From the human T2T-CHM13v2.0 reference genome, Homo sapiens, in NCBI RefSeq assembly GCF_009914755.1, contig NC_060940.1: a DNA stretch of 64,000 bases. One strand, written 5' to 3'. Both the position numbers and the translations under genes were made by a program. Position 1 is the first letter of the stretch. The number at the start of each line of letters is the position of its first letter. Below, in pieces: positions 43,740-58,754 of this stretch. Under the pieces are notes generated by a model that saw only the letters and a program-made list of their open reading frames with translations, was not told the origin of the DNA and did no database searches.

Positions 43740-44150
43740 GAGAGAGAGAAGCAGCCTGCTGTGACACCTGGTGGACGTGGGTCCTGGTGGAGCTTCCAGG
43801 AGCTGCCTTATCCTGGCAGGGCCTGGTGTGTGTGATGGGGGAGGGGAGAGGGTGACAGTTAACCGAAGAATCTGAGCTCCATCTGCACTTGCTGTGACCC
43901 CCACCTGGAGGCTTCTCTGCAGCAGGAGCAGGAGCTGTTACCCTTCTAATCCCCACAATGACCCCAGCCTAATAATACAATGATCCCCAAGTAGAACCAG
44001 GGGCCCAAGGCCCCCTCGTCAGCTGGGCTCCCACCTCCAAGCTGACGCCCTCAACCACTCTGCTGGGGTGAGCAAACCCAGGCCCCACAGCTGGCTAGCG
44101 GGACATCCGTGTCCACGATTGGCGCCATGTGTTTTAAGTTGCAGCGTCAA
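43740..44150. promoter_or_regulatory. SEPTIN12: SEPTIN12 promoter and putative non-coding exon 1 (donor cag|gtgtca at 43767); possibly bidirectional
   Basis: Unique non-repeat sequence upstream of the first coding exon; MYB-like dyad CAGTTAACCG 43856-43865, half-CRE TGACG 44043, CCAAT near 44118. Confidence 0.5.
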
Positions 44151-44528
44151 AAACATGAAGAGATTGCTTTAGCAAATATTTACCCAGTCCTGACTCTGCA
44201 CATGGCATCGTTCTAGGAGCCCAAAGATGTTAACTTGTTTAATAATCAAGCCCTGTGAAGTAAGTGCTGTTACTACCCCAAGCTGATAGATAAGAGAGGG
44301 TCAGGTGAGGAGGTGGCAGAGTCTCTGCCGCTCTGAGTCTGTGTGCTCACCCTCTACTGCCTTTTTCTGGTTTACAGAAACATCTAGATTTCCGGTGTAT
44401 CTTAGAGATTATCACCCTGACTTGAGATGCCCTCTTTAAATAGGCCATGTGCTTTCCAGACTGTGGTCCTCACCCCTGCCTTACTGTCTCTCTGATAAGC
44501 TGTTTCTTTTTTTGTTGTTTGTTTTTGA

Positions 44529-44678
<150 letters not shown>

Positions 44679-44778
44679 TAGTAGAGAAGGGGTTTCACCA
44701 CATTGGTCAGGCTAGTCACAAGCTTCTGACCTCAAGTGATCCACCAACCCTGGTCTCCCAAAGTGTTGGGATTAGTGA

Positions 44779-44994
<216 letters not shown>

Positions 44995-46689
44995 TAGTAG
45001 AGACTGGTTTTCCCTGTGTTAGCCAGGATGGTCTCGATCTCCTGATCTCGTGATCTGCCCTCCTCGGCCTCCCAAAGTGCTGGGATTACAGGCGTTAGCC
45101 CCTGCGCCCAGCCCTTTTTAAAATTTTTTTGAGACACGGTCTCACTATGTTGCCCATGCTGGTCTCAAACTCCTGGGTTCTAGTGATCCTCTCACCTCAG
45201 CCTCCCTAAATGCTGAGATTACAGACGTGAACCACCATGCCCAGCCTGATAAGCTGTTTCTTATACCAAGTCCATCTCACACAGTTAATTCTTTCTTGTT
45301 TCCTGGTACTTGACTTCACAAGGCTTAGGCATTCCTGTGTCCTTGCTATTGGCAAATGTTTTCTCTTTCTTTTTTCTTTCTTTTCTCCTTTCTTTTCTTT
45401 CTTTTTTTTTTTCTTTTTTGGGACAGGGTCTCACTTTGTCACCCAAGTTGGAGTGCAGAGGCACAATGACAGCTCACTGCAGCCTCGACTTCCTGGGTTC
45501 AAGTGATCCTCCTGCCCCAGCCTCCCTAGTAGCTGGGACTTCAGGTACGTAGACCATGCTGGGCTAATTTTTTTACTTTTTGTAGAGATGAGGTCTCCCT
45601 ATGTTGCCCAAGATTGTCTTGAACTCCTGGGGTCAAGGGGTCCAGCTGCCTCAGCCTCCCAAAGCGCCACCACACTCAGGCTGGCAAGTGTTTTCTGTAA
45701 AGGGCCAGATGGTCCCTATTTTAGGCTTTGCTGGTCCTAAGTTCTCTGTTGCAACTACTATGCAACTTTTCATTGCAGTGAGAAAGTCGCCACAGACAAT
45801 AGGTAAACAGATGGGCGTGGCTGTGTCTAAGTAAAACCGTATTCACAGAAGAAAGGTGGCCGTGGTTCCAGCTTTCCTGAGCCCCAGGCCGACTTCTGCC
45901 CTTTGCTGTCCACTACCTTCTGCCAGTTCTTCCTTCTGGGGAACTCCCGCTCCTTCCTGGAGGCTTAACCTTAAAGGCTTAGAGGCTAGGGGTCAGCCAG
46001 GTGCGTTGACTCATGCTTGTAATCCCAGCACTTCAGGAGGCCAAGGTGGGCAGATCACTTGAGGTCCGGTTTGAGACCAGCCTGGCCAACATGGCGAAAC
46101 CCCATCTCTACTAAAAATACAAGAATTAGCTGGGCTTGGTGGCGGGCACCTGTAGTCGCAGCTACTTGGGAGGCTGAGGCAGGGAGAATAGCTTGAACCG
46201 AGGAGGTGGAGGTTGCAGTGAGCCGAGATCGTGCCATTGCACTCCAGCCTGGGCGACAGAGTAAGACCCTAGCTCAGTAAATAAATAAATAAATAAATAA
46301 GTAAGTAAATAAATAAAGGCTTAGAGGTTAAGGGTGGGCCAGGCAGGGCCCAGGGTGGCAGGGACGATGGGGCACAGCCTGTCCTGGACCACAGTTTGTT
46401 GTCCAAGGTGAAATCTTGAAAACCACAATTCCACAGCCCTTGAGGGATTCAGCACGGGGGCCTCTCCCATAAGCAGCTGAGGATGTGGTTAGTGGATGAA
46501 CAAATGGCTCTGGTGATGGTGACGTGTGGACTGCGTTTGAGCAGTAGACGTACCTCTGGGGATGTCCCCTAAGGAAATGCGCCTCTGTGCAGAGAAAACA
46601 CTTTCTCCAGGAAAATCCTCCCATGTGAGCGATGGTCTAATTCTGAAAATCGTGGCGGTGAGGGGAGGAGCCTCACTGGGTGCCAGTAG

Positions 46690-47400
<711 letters not shown>

Positions 47401-47518
47401 TAACCTCAGGTGATCTGCCCACCTCGGCCTCCCAAAGTGCTTGGATTACTGGTGTGAGCCACCGCGCCTGGCCTGACTTTGTCTTTTAACAACTTGGTGG
47501 TTTCCAGATCTTCTTTAA

Positions 47519-47882
<364 letters not shown>

Positions 47883-47990
47883 TAGCCAGGATGGTCTCGA
47901 TCTCCTGACCTCGTGATCTGCCCCCCTCGGCCTCCCAAAGTGCTGGGATTACAGGCATGAGCCACCGCGCCTAGCCTCCCCTGCACTTTA

Positions 47991-48344
<354 letters not shown>

Positions 48345-48489
48345 CTAGCACTTTGGGAGGCCAAGGTGGGTGAATCACCTGAGGTCAGGAGTTTGAGACC
48401 AGCCTGGCCAACATGGTGAAACCCAGTCTCTACTAAAATACAAAAGTTAGCTGGGCGTGGTGGCAGGTGCCTGTAATCCCAGCTACTCA

Positions 48490-48594
<105 letters not shown>

Positions 48595-48639
48595 TCAAAA
48601 AAAAAAAAAAAAAAAAAAAGGGAGGGAGGAGGATTAGAG

Positions 48640-48885
48640 TCAGAGGAGGAGACGTGAGCCTGGAAGCAGAGGGTGGAGGGATGGGAGACCACAAGCCCAG
48701 GAATGCCACCACCCTCTAGAAGCTGGACAAGGCAAAAGATGGACTCTGCCCTAGAACCTTCAGGATGAACACAGCCTGGTCGACCCATTTTAGACTCTGA
48801 CCTTCAGAACCATAGGGCAATACATTTGTGTTGTTTGAAGCCACAGAGTTTGTGGTAGTGTTACGGCAGCATTGGGACATGGATA
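48640..48885 (+). mobile_element. MLT1-type LTR fragment (a similar fragment lies at about 27120-27285)
   Basis: ccacaagcccaggaatgcc..agaagctgg..tgttgtttgaagccac..tttgtggtag. Confidence 0.65.
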
Positions 48886-49092
48886 CATTAGGTGTGTGAC
48901 GGGCTAATGGCTAAACTTCTCTAGGCCTCCGTTTCCTCATCTGTAAAATGGAAAAAGCAATAATACCCACTTTAGGATTGCTATGAGGAATAAACCAGGT
49001 GACACAGCACAGTGCTCGATGCAGAGCCCCACATTAGCTGATATTTTCAAGTAGTAAAATAGAGAAAATAAGGACAGTGAAGAGTCCTAGTA

Positions 49093-50516
<1,424 letters not shown>

Positions 50517-50779
50517 TATGATGCAGGCACACCTGTCCTAGCTGCTCAAGGGTCGTGGGATGCAGGTAGGTTTTCTCCCCCTTCCCCCTCCCTCCCACCC
50601 ACCTTCTCTCCCATCTCTCTCTCTTTCATTCACGAAGTCAGCAGTGGCCAAGCACACAGGTGTTCCCAGCTGCATATCTGGGATACTGAGGAAAGGTAAG
50701 AAGTCTCAGGAGTGAAGAAGCCACAGGCCGGCGTCTTCCTCCCTGGGCCTCCAGCAGTGGGGAGCCAGGGAGCGCACCT

Positions 50780-50938
50780 GCTGGGCCTGGGCCCTCTCCC
50801 CTGGGCTGGGCGGCCTCTGCTGGCCCTGGGGAGGGCGGGGCTGGTTGCCAAGGCCTCAGGTGGTGTGGAGCCGGAAGCAGGAAGCAGCCTGTGCTCCCCA
50901 GGACCTGCCTGGTTGGGGGAATTGGAGGCTTCTAGGAG
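50780..50938 (+). other. SMIM22: SMIM22 proximal promoter and non-coding exon 1 (donor gag|gtaggt at 50939; exon 2 acceptor at 51195-51196)
   Basis: GC boxes, ETS CCGGAAG near 50871, strong donor; another good donor aag|gtaaga at 50696; 5' boundary approximate. Confidence 0.6.
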
Positions 50939-51216
50939 GTAGGTGGGGGCCTGGGCTGCCAGGGGGAGAGAGAGGGGAGATGACAGTGGCTGGGGAGAAG
51001 GTTGTCAGGGTAGGGACCACAGGGCTGGGCAAGGAGAGAAGCTGGGCCTGGGGCCGAGGGAGAAGTGGAGTGGGAGGGGGTGGGGAAGCTGGCGCTGGGC
51101 CAGGAGCGGGCAGTGGCTGGGCTGTGGGAAGCCTGGATGTGGTCCCCGCTGAGCTGAGCCCAGGATCCTGATGCAGCCTCTGGGGGACCGGGGCAGGTGG
51201 CACGGTGCACGCCAAG

Positions 51217-51713
51217 ATGGCTGTGTCCACAGAGGAGCTGGAGGCCACGGTTCAGGAAGTCCTGGGGAGACTGAAGAGCCACCAGTTTTTCCAGTCCACA
51301 TGGGACACTGTTGCCTTCATTGTTTTCCTCACCTTCATGGGTAAGTGTGGCTGTGGCCTCTGGGTCCTCCCAGCCCCCTGCCCTGGGCTCCAGGTTGGGG
51401 CCACACCTGGACGCCTGTCCTGTCCCCAGGCACCGTGCTGCTCCTGCTGCTGCTGGTCGTCGCCCACTGCTGCTGCTGCAGCTCCCCCGGGCCCCGCAGG
51501 GAAAGCCCCAGGAAGGTGAGCCCCTGGAAGGTGAGCCCTGCCGGCCTCCGGGACCTGCACGGAACTGTACTGGGGGTGGAGGCGGAAGGTGAGGGGAGTG
51601 GCGGGAAGGGTGCTCATCCCCCTAGGGAACAACGAGCGAACCTGCTTGGTCCCGCTGTGCTTCTCGTGCAGGAAAGACCCAAGGGAGTGGATAACTTGGC
51701 CCTGGAACCCTGA
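51217..51713 (+). CDS. SMIM22: Small integral membrane protein 22 (CASIMO1), 83 aa; join(51217..51340,51430..51515,51672..51713)
   Basis: Kozak gccaagATGG; 124+86+42=252 nt; MAVSTEELEATVQEVLGRLKSHQFFQSTWDTVAFIVFLTFMGTVLLLLLLVVAHCCCCSSPGPRRESPRKERPKGVDNLALEP; one TM helix followed by a Cys cluster. Confidence 0.92.
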
Positions 51714-52011
51714 CCCTGTGTCTCCTGCCCGGTGGCAGTAACAAAGCCTTCTGTCTGCCCAGAGCCTGAGTCTGCAGTGTCTTCCAGTCCCCGTCTGGGT
51801 GGGTGACGCGGGACTCACCGCCCCACTCAGGTGGCCACCTGGCCTCTCCAAGCCTTCAGTCAGCACGACTGTGCCAGGTCATCCTCAGTCACCTAGCTGG
51901 GAGGGGAGCTGGTCTCAGGCCGGGCGCGGTGGCTCACACCTATAATCCCAGCACTTTGGGAGGCCGAGGTGGGCGGATCACGAGGTCAGGAGATCGAGAA
52001 CATCCTGGTTA

Positions 52012-52380
<369 letters not shown>

Positions 52381-52464
52381 TCATGGCCACTGACTACCAG
52401 AGACCCCCTGCCTGGGTTCCCACTCAGACAGACAGACAGGGGCTCCAGGTGGAGTCTGATGATC

Positions 52465-52470
52465 TTTATT
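52465..52470 (-). terminator. ROGDI poly(A) signal AATAAA
   Basis: tttatt on +, about 470 nt past the stop; GU-rich tgtctgtctgtctg downstream on -. Confidence 0.8.
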
Positions 52471-52941
52471 TCTTAGACAGCCCTGGACTGGGGCTATGAA
52501 ACACAGTCACCAGCACTATACTCACTCCTAGGGTGGCTCTGTCTGTGGCGTTCCTCACCATCCCCGGGACTCATAGCTCAGTGCCACCCCCCGACACCAT
52601 GCCCTCCAGGGGGAGGGGACAGCGAAGGGGAGAGGAGGGAGAGCCCTGCACCTGGCCCTGTCCTGAGTCCAAAGATTCCCATGGTGATCAGAGGGCGGTG
52701 TTGGGAATGTGGGACACCCTTGGCCCCGCCTCCCTGACCTCCCCACTACCCCACCAAACCAGCCTTCCTTCCTCCTGGCACTTCCAGTGTCCATTCCTGG
52801 CAGTGCAAATGTGTTAGGTGGGGTAGGGGGTGGGATAGGGAGATAAATAGCAGCCTGGCGTTGGCACTGGCTGGTGCTCTGTGGTGGGTATGAGTAGGGG
52901 ACGGGGCCGCCTTCCTGGAGACAAGCTCCTGGGTGCTGTGA

Positions 52942-52983
52942 TCAGAAGGGTCTGTAGCTCCAGTAGCTGGAGAACACGGAGAT
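52942..52983 (-). CDS. ROGDI: ROGDI exon 11 coding part
   Basis: [13 protein letters not shown]. Confidence 0.9.
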   Translation of the reverse strand: MSVFSSYWSYRPF

Positions 52984-55900
52984 CTGCAAGGGGAGAGGGT
53001 GCTGCAGGTTGCTGAAGGGGGATGGGGTAGCCCAGGGGAGATGTCAAGGTCACCCAAGGACAATATGTCAGGACAGGGCATTGCTGCCTCGCAGTGCTGT
53101 GGGGTACACCAGACCCCAAGACTGGGGCGCTCTGAGGGCGTGGCAGGGCCCTCAGAACCCCTGCCCACTGTGGGGGTACACCAGACCCCAAGGTTGGGGC
53201 GCTCTGAGGGTGTGGCAAGGACCCTTAGAAGTCCTTCCCCTAATGAAGGCGCTCGGCCCGGGCCCACCTTGTCCTTGAGCTGCTGGCAGAGCTGCAGGGA
53301 GACGGTGAAGTAGACCAGGGCGTCGTTGAGCCAGGGGATCACGCACTCCACTTTGTGCACGTGGCTCACCTCCAGGCGCTGAGAGCCCCACTCGCTGTGG
53401 GCAGTGAGAGGGTCCCTGAGGAGGGTCCCGGCCCTCCAGGTGTGGAGGGATGGGGTGGGCGTGCCTGGACCCCCCGCCCCTGCCTACTTACAACATGGCC
53501 CCAGGGCTATGCAGCACCGCGCCCCCAGCTGGGCGGAAGTTCTAGGGAGAACAGCACCAGACCCGTCAGGCCTTGCAGGGCGTGTGCATGGCGGGCAGTG
53601 GGCCGGGCAGGGGTCCCTCCTCACCTTGGTGGAGTTGGGCTGCAGGGCATGCAGCTGGTACACCGTGAGGCAGAGCTTGTTGAGGTTGATGTAGACGTTG
53701 ACCAGCAGGTCGGACGGCAGGGCAGGGGCGAACATCCGCTGCGGGAGGCAGGTGGGATGAGGCCCTCGCAAGCCCCCAGCCCAGGCTGGATGGAGCGGGG
53801 CTCTGCAGTCACTCATGGAGTCTGCAGGGGATCCCAGTCCCCACCCCAGAGATGCTCTTCTCATCAATGGGGGCTTCCAGACTTTTCCCAGGTGCCCCAA
53901 GTATCTCCTGTGCTGTCAGGTTTGGGAACCACTAACCCGAAACAGGGTTAACGTATTTTAGGGGCACAGGACGGAAGCCAAGGACCCCATCCCAGAAACC
54001 TGCCTAGACAGAATATTCCACCTATAATCTGGGAGTGGCACCCCTCGGCGTCCATCCTGAGGGCAAGCTGGGACCCACTGTGGGACCCCTCTCCTGCAGC
54101 AGGGGCTGGCAGGGGCACTGACCGTGAGGCCGCTGGCGGCGATCTCGGGGAGGGTGAGGGTGGCGGGGGTGGTGAGCCGGTTTCGGGCTCTGGTCAGCTG
54201 CAGCATCACTGCGTCCATCAGCTGCAGGGAGAGGCGGGGTTGGCTCTGCGTCCTCCCGTGTCCCCATGCATTAAGGAACAACAGACATGGTAGCTCCCAC
54301 TCCCACCCAGCCCAGTGGCTACTGTTCCCAGGTCCCGAAACCCGGCAGCAGGGACCTGTTAAAGACAGGTAGTTGGGCTCCAGCTGGGTATGGAGGAGGG
54401 CAGGATGTCTGCACTAATGTCAGTCGGGATGGGGCTGATTCACTGCACGGGGATCCTGGGTGCTGGATCAATGGGGAATGGAAGGTCCTGGGAGGTCAGT
54501 CCCAGGGGCACAGGCTTTGTGGACAGGGGTACAGGCAACAAAGGTTGGCTGTAAAGGGCCAGAGAGGGCTTCCTGGAAGAGGCGATGGATGACTGGGTTG
54601 AGGTTTTCAGGGGGGTAAGCCAGGGTCACGGCTGATGGATGGTGGGACCACCTGGAGCCCATTCCTTCCCTTTGCCGTGGAGCAGAGCCCTGGCAGACTC
54701 CTCAGAGCCCCAGCTTTCGTGCCATTCAGCCGTGGCCATGAGTACCAGGGTGATGTGGCTCCCAGGAAACACGTAAGAGCTGACTGGGGGTATAGGGCCT
54801 GTAGCACCCTAGGGTGGTTACAGTTCTCGAAGGGATCTTAGTCTATCTGGTTCTAAGTGTGAGGAAACAGAGGTCCAGAGAGGGCAGGTGAACCACCGGA
54901 GGACACACAGCAAGTCAGGGGCAGAACTCAAGCATGAGGTCAGGTGCCCAGGTCAGCTCTTCACATGTGCCACGCGGTTAATGTGAAGGCTTTCACTGCT
55001 GCTACCGGCAGTGGTGTGTGCCGCGTGCTTACTGGGGGCCCCGTGACCTGAATTATTATGGTGAACAGTCACTCCAGCTTGCCCCTGACCCCACAGGTAG
55101 AAATGGAGACACAGAGTCGGCAGGTAAGTGCTTACAGGTTGCACAGCTCAACGTGGAGGCCCTGGGATTGGAACCCAGGTGTGATTCCGGATCAAGAACG
55201 TGGGACTAGGCCCAGGAGTCAGGCCCGGGGGCAGCTCACCTTGAGGACCTCAGCGCCCGTCTTGAACTGGTAGCTCTGGTCCCGGCTGGTAAGCAGGTAA
55301 ATGGCTTGGCTCACATGGTTTCTGGCATCCTGGATCTGGAAGCAGGGGTCATCCAGAGGGGTCACGCCAGCTTCCATGCGGCCAGGAGGGGAGAGTGGGT
55401 GCTGCCTGCCTGCCCCACGTCATTCCACTCTCCACACTGTCATCCCTGTGCCCCAGAGGGCCAGGTCCACGCCAGGTGATGGGCATCTGGCATCACCTGG
55501 GGCAGGCCTGGTCTCTGCCCAAGCTGACTGCCCCCTCCTTTCTAAGGGATGGACACACAGTAATGCCCAAGACAAGAGTCTGTGCGAGTTGCGGAGGGAA
55601 GCAAACAGGGCGACAAGGCAGGGGCAAGGGTGCTGAGATGGAGACAGTCGGGGTGGAGGGGGCAGGGGAGGAGGCTGGGGCCCATTGGTACAGGAGCTGC
55701 CAGGGAGCATGGGCCTCATCCCCAGAGCCATGGCAAGTCCCTGGAGGCTCTGGGCAAGGGAGTGACTTTTCAGAGGGCTTCTGAACCATCTCATCCAGCC
55801 AGCTGCTGTGGGGACTCCACAGTCCCGATGTGGCCCTCGGGGCTCTCAGGCCAGGTTCTCTACCTCCCCACATGGCGCAGCCTCCAGGGCTTCAGGAAAC

Positions 55901-58125
55901 GCCTGCCCCCAGCTTTGCTGTTAGGAAACACCCTCCCAGGCTTGCTGTGGCCACAGATCCCCAGGGCTAGTCCCTCTCCAGGGAGGCCCCGCGGCAGGCC
56001 TGCTGCCGCCTGTCCTTGTGGCTGAGCACTAGCCAGGAGGGGCGGGGTCACCTGCTGCAGCTTCCACTGCTTGTCCTCCCGGAAGGCGAAGTGCAGCAGC
56101 TGGTTGTTCCGGGGCATCTTCAGGTTCACATCCTGACAGGCAAGAGTGGGGTGAGCTGGGCAGTGGGGGGGCACCTCCTGCCACAGCCACTCTGAGCCCT
56201 TAAGCCCAGGGCAGAAATGGGGTGTGTGGTGGTTCAGGCCTTGGCCGCTGTATAGGGCAGAGGGTCTCCCAATGCCTTGGCCGTTTGGGGGTTGAACAGG
56301 GAGGTCAGGAAACAGGAAACCAGGCCCAAGAAGAGCCACAAAGAAGTGAAATGGAAAGAGGTGAAGAAAGGGGAAGGGGAAGAGGAAAGGCAGCCTCTGT
56401 GAGGCTCTGTGCGAACGGGGTGCATCTAGTGTCTACAAAGGGCAACAGATGGAGCCCAGGAGGGGGGCCTCCCCCCACGCCTTGGTGCCTGGCACAGAGT
56501 CGGGTGCAGACTGGAGTTCAGGCATTGGCTGATTCAACTGTGATGTGTGGCCAGCCTAATCCACCAATGCCCATGTTTCACTGGTCCGGACGCCAGGCCA
56601 GGCCGTGTGCAAAGAACCCCTCTCCTGCACCTCTTACTGAATCTGCACACCGATCCCGGGAGAAGGTGTGAGGGTTGCTGTCATTTTCCAAAGGAGAAAA
56701 CTGAGGCCAGAGAGATCAAGGGTCCCGCCCAGAGTCGCAGGGCTTGTACAGAGAGAAAGTGGGAGCTCCCATGCTCTTCCCCATTGGCAGGATGGGAGGG
56801 GACAGGGCCGGGGGACTCACCGCCTGGCTGAGGGCATCCCCCTGCAGAGTCAGCACACCCTTCACCTGGTCTGTGCTGTAACATGTGGCGTCAGAGCGGT
56901 GCCTGTGGTCACCCCCCCACCACCCAGCCCTCCCTCCCGGCGGGCTGCCCCTCCTGTCCCATCGCACAACCAGCTGGTCTGCAGGACAGGGCTATGGCCA
57001 TGCCTCCTACCCCCCAAGGTACCCATTTCCCCGGTTTCCGCCTAGCCCAGGCTCACCCACAGCTGCCTAGGATGAAGTTCTCTTGCTTGGCGGGCCCCTC
57101 AGTGCCGGAGCCCGGCAGAGTGAAGCGCAGAGAGGCCTCCTGTGGAACAGAGGGAAGGAGGGGAGCTGGTAGCGCCCACTCAGGCCCGGCCCAGTGCTCC
57201 TTCCAGAAGCCCCCCTCCCTCCAAGTCAGCGGGGGGAAGGAACAACGTGGCCTGGCCTCACCTGGGTTCAGCTGGGGTGGGAAGACCCTGCCCAAGCCCC
57301 CAGGGCACCTAACCGTGAGCCCGATCTCTGCTTATACCACATTCCCTGAACACCTCCTGTGTGCCCGCCTCGGGGAATACAAAACAGACAGGGGCAGCCT
57401 CCCAGCTTGGTTGAGGGGGAAAGGGGCAAGGGGCAGAGTCAGGGAACAAGGCAGTAGTTATGGTAACCCGCGGTCCTGGGCCACAGCAAGCACTACGCCG
57501 GTTACTTCTGTGAGCTGCCTGGCTCATTTATCTACACCCCAGCCTCGCGAAGCGGGTACTGTTATCTCCCTTTTGCCAATGAGAAAAGGGAGGCCCAGGG
57601 AGGTTCAGTGACTTGGCTGAAGTCACACTGCCAGGCAGAGGCAGAATTCTTCGGCTCCCAGATTGGATGCCGCTGCTCCCAAGGCGGCCTTCCCCGACCC
57701 GAGGCCGGGCGGGACTCAGGCCCTTGCTAGCACCCTCGTCGGGACCCGCCCCTGCCCGCACACAGGTACTTATATAATGAGGTCGGCTCGAGTTCGCGGA
57801 GGCGGGGCCCTGCCTGAAAGCCGCGGCAGCCGCACACTGTAGGCGCTCAGGACGCAGCCGCGCGGCCCCAGGTGGAGCCAGGGAAATGAGGAGGGAGGGC
57901 CGCCACGCCCGGCGGGGCAGGGCGCGGGTCGTTACCTTGAGGATGTCCTGCAGCTGCTTCAACACAGCGTGCACCTCGTCGTGCAGCAGCCAGCGGAACT
58001 CCTCCTCCTGCGGGACAGACCCGGCGGTCGCGCCCGGCCCCGCCGCCCCGCCGGCCCGCCCGCTGGCCCGCGCGCCTTACCAGCACCGCCCGCTCCGCCG
58101 CCGTCGCTGCCATCACGGTGGCCAT
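52942..58125 (-). CDS. ROGDI: ROGDI atypical leucine zipper (Kohlschutter-Tonz syndrome gene), 287 aa; complement(join(52942..52983,53268..53394,53492..53541,53625..53738,54123..54221,55240..55335,56052..56132,56821..56875,57057..57139,57936..58007,58081..58125))
   Basis: 11 exons, 45+72+83+55+81+96+99+114+50+127+42=864 nt = 287 aa + stop; [39 protein letters not shown]...[13 protein letters not shown]; all introns GT-AG. Confidence 0.96.
53097..53230. repeat. Two-copy tandem duplication (period about 71 nt) in ROGDI intron 10
   Basis: ctgtggggtacaccagaccccaag..tggggcgctctgaggg..tggca..ggccct.agaa twice. Confidence 0.9.
53268..53394 (-). CDS. ROGDI: ROGDI exon 10
   Basis: [42 protein letters not shown]. 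Confidence 0.92.
53492..53541 (-). CDS. ROGDI: ROGDI exon 9
   Basis: [16 protein letters not shown]|gtaagt. Confidence 0.9.
53625..53738 (-). CDS. ROGDI: ROGDI exon 8
   Basis: [38 protein letters not shown]. Confidence 0.92.
54123..54221 (-). CDS. ROGDI: ROGDI exon 7
   Basis: [33 protein letters not shown]. Confidence 0.92.
55240..55335 (-). CDS. ROGDI: ROGDI exon 6
   Basis: [32 protein letters not shown]. Confidence 0.92.
56052..56132 (-). CDS. ROGDI: ROGDI exon 5
   Basis: [27 protein letters not shown]. Confidence 0.92.
56821..56875 (-). CDS. ROGDI: ROGDI exon 4
   Basis: [18 protein letters not shown]|gtgagt. Confidence 0.9.
57057..57139 (-). CDS. ROGDI: ROGDI exon 3
   Basis: [27 protein letters not shown]. 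Confidence 0.92.
57936..58007 (-). CDS. ROGDI: ROGDI exon 2
   Basis: [24 protein letters not shown]. Confidence 0.92.
58081..58125 (-). CDS. ROGDI: ROGDI exon 1 coding part
   Basis: gcggccATGG Kozak; [15 protein letters not shown]|gtaagg. Confidence 0.92.
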
Positions 58126-58754
58126 GGCCGCAGGCCGCCGCCGAGCGCCCTCCCCACCGGCCGCTGCTCCTGTCCACCAATCTTTCTGTCCTCGGTCCTC
58201 CGGTCCTCCCGTCCGCCCCCGGCGTCTGGCTCCGCCCCCACCCGATTGGCGGAGCGGGTACCACCCCGCCCCCAGGCCGGCTCCGTGCTCGCGATTGGCT
58301 GGCGCCTGTCGGTCCGCCTCGGCCCCCGAAACCTGCGGGAGCCCTGGAACCAGACTGGCGGCTGCGGGAGTGAGGCTCGCTCCGCCTGGCCAGGGACGCG
58401 GCCGGCGGCTGCACGAGTCAGGCTTGCTCCGGCTGGCCAGGGACCCGGCCGGCACCAGCCTGGGGCGCCCGCTTGGGGGCGGAGCTCCCGGGGCGCCCCC
58501 AGGATATGATAGGGCGCTCTGCTCCACTCGCGCTCACTCATTGGCCGGCAGGACAGTCTGTCCCCGCTCCTCCTCCCTATTGGCCCGCTTGGCTCCATTG
58601 GTCGTGGTTCCAACCCTGCCGCGGACCTCGCCGCCACTCCCAAGCCCGTCTCACCCCGGACGCGGAGGTCCCGAAAACCCACCCCGGCCCCGCCGCTGCC
58701 TTCTCCTCCCACCCATCTCGCCGAGGACGAGGGAAGCAGGACTCCTGCGGCACA

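Larger units (their letters stand above)
57680..58750 (-). promoter_or_regulatory. ROGDI: ROGDI CpG-island promoter with multiple CCAAT and GC boxes
   Basis: Very high CpG; ATTGG at 58245, 58294, 58540, 58579 and 58597; several CCGCCC. Confidence 0.85.
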
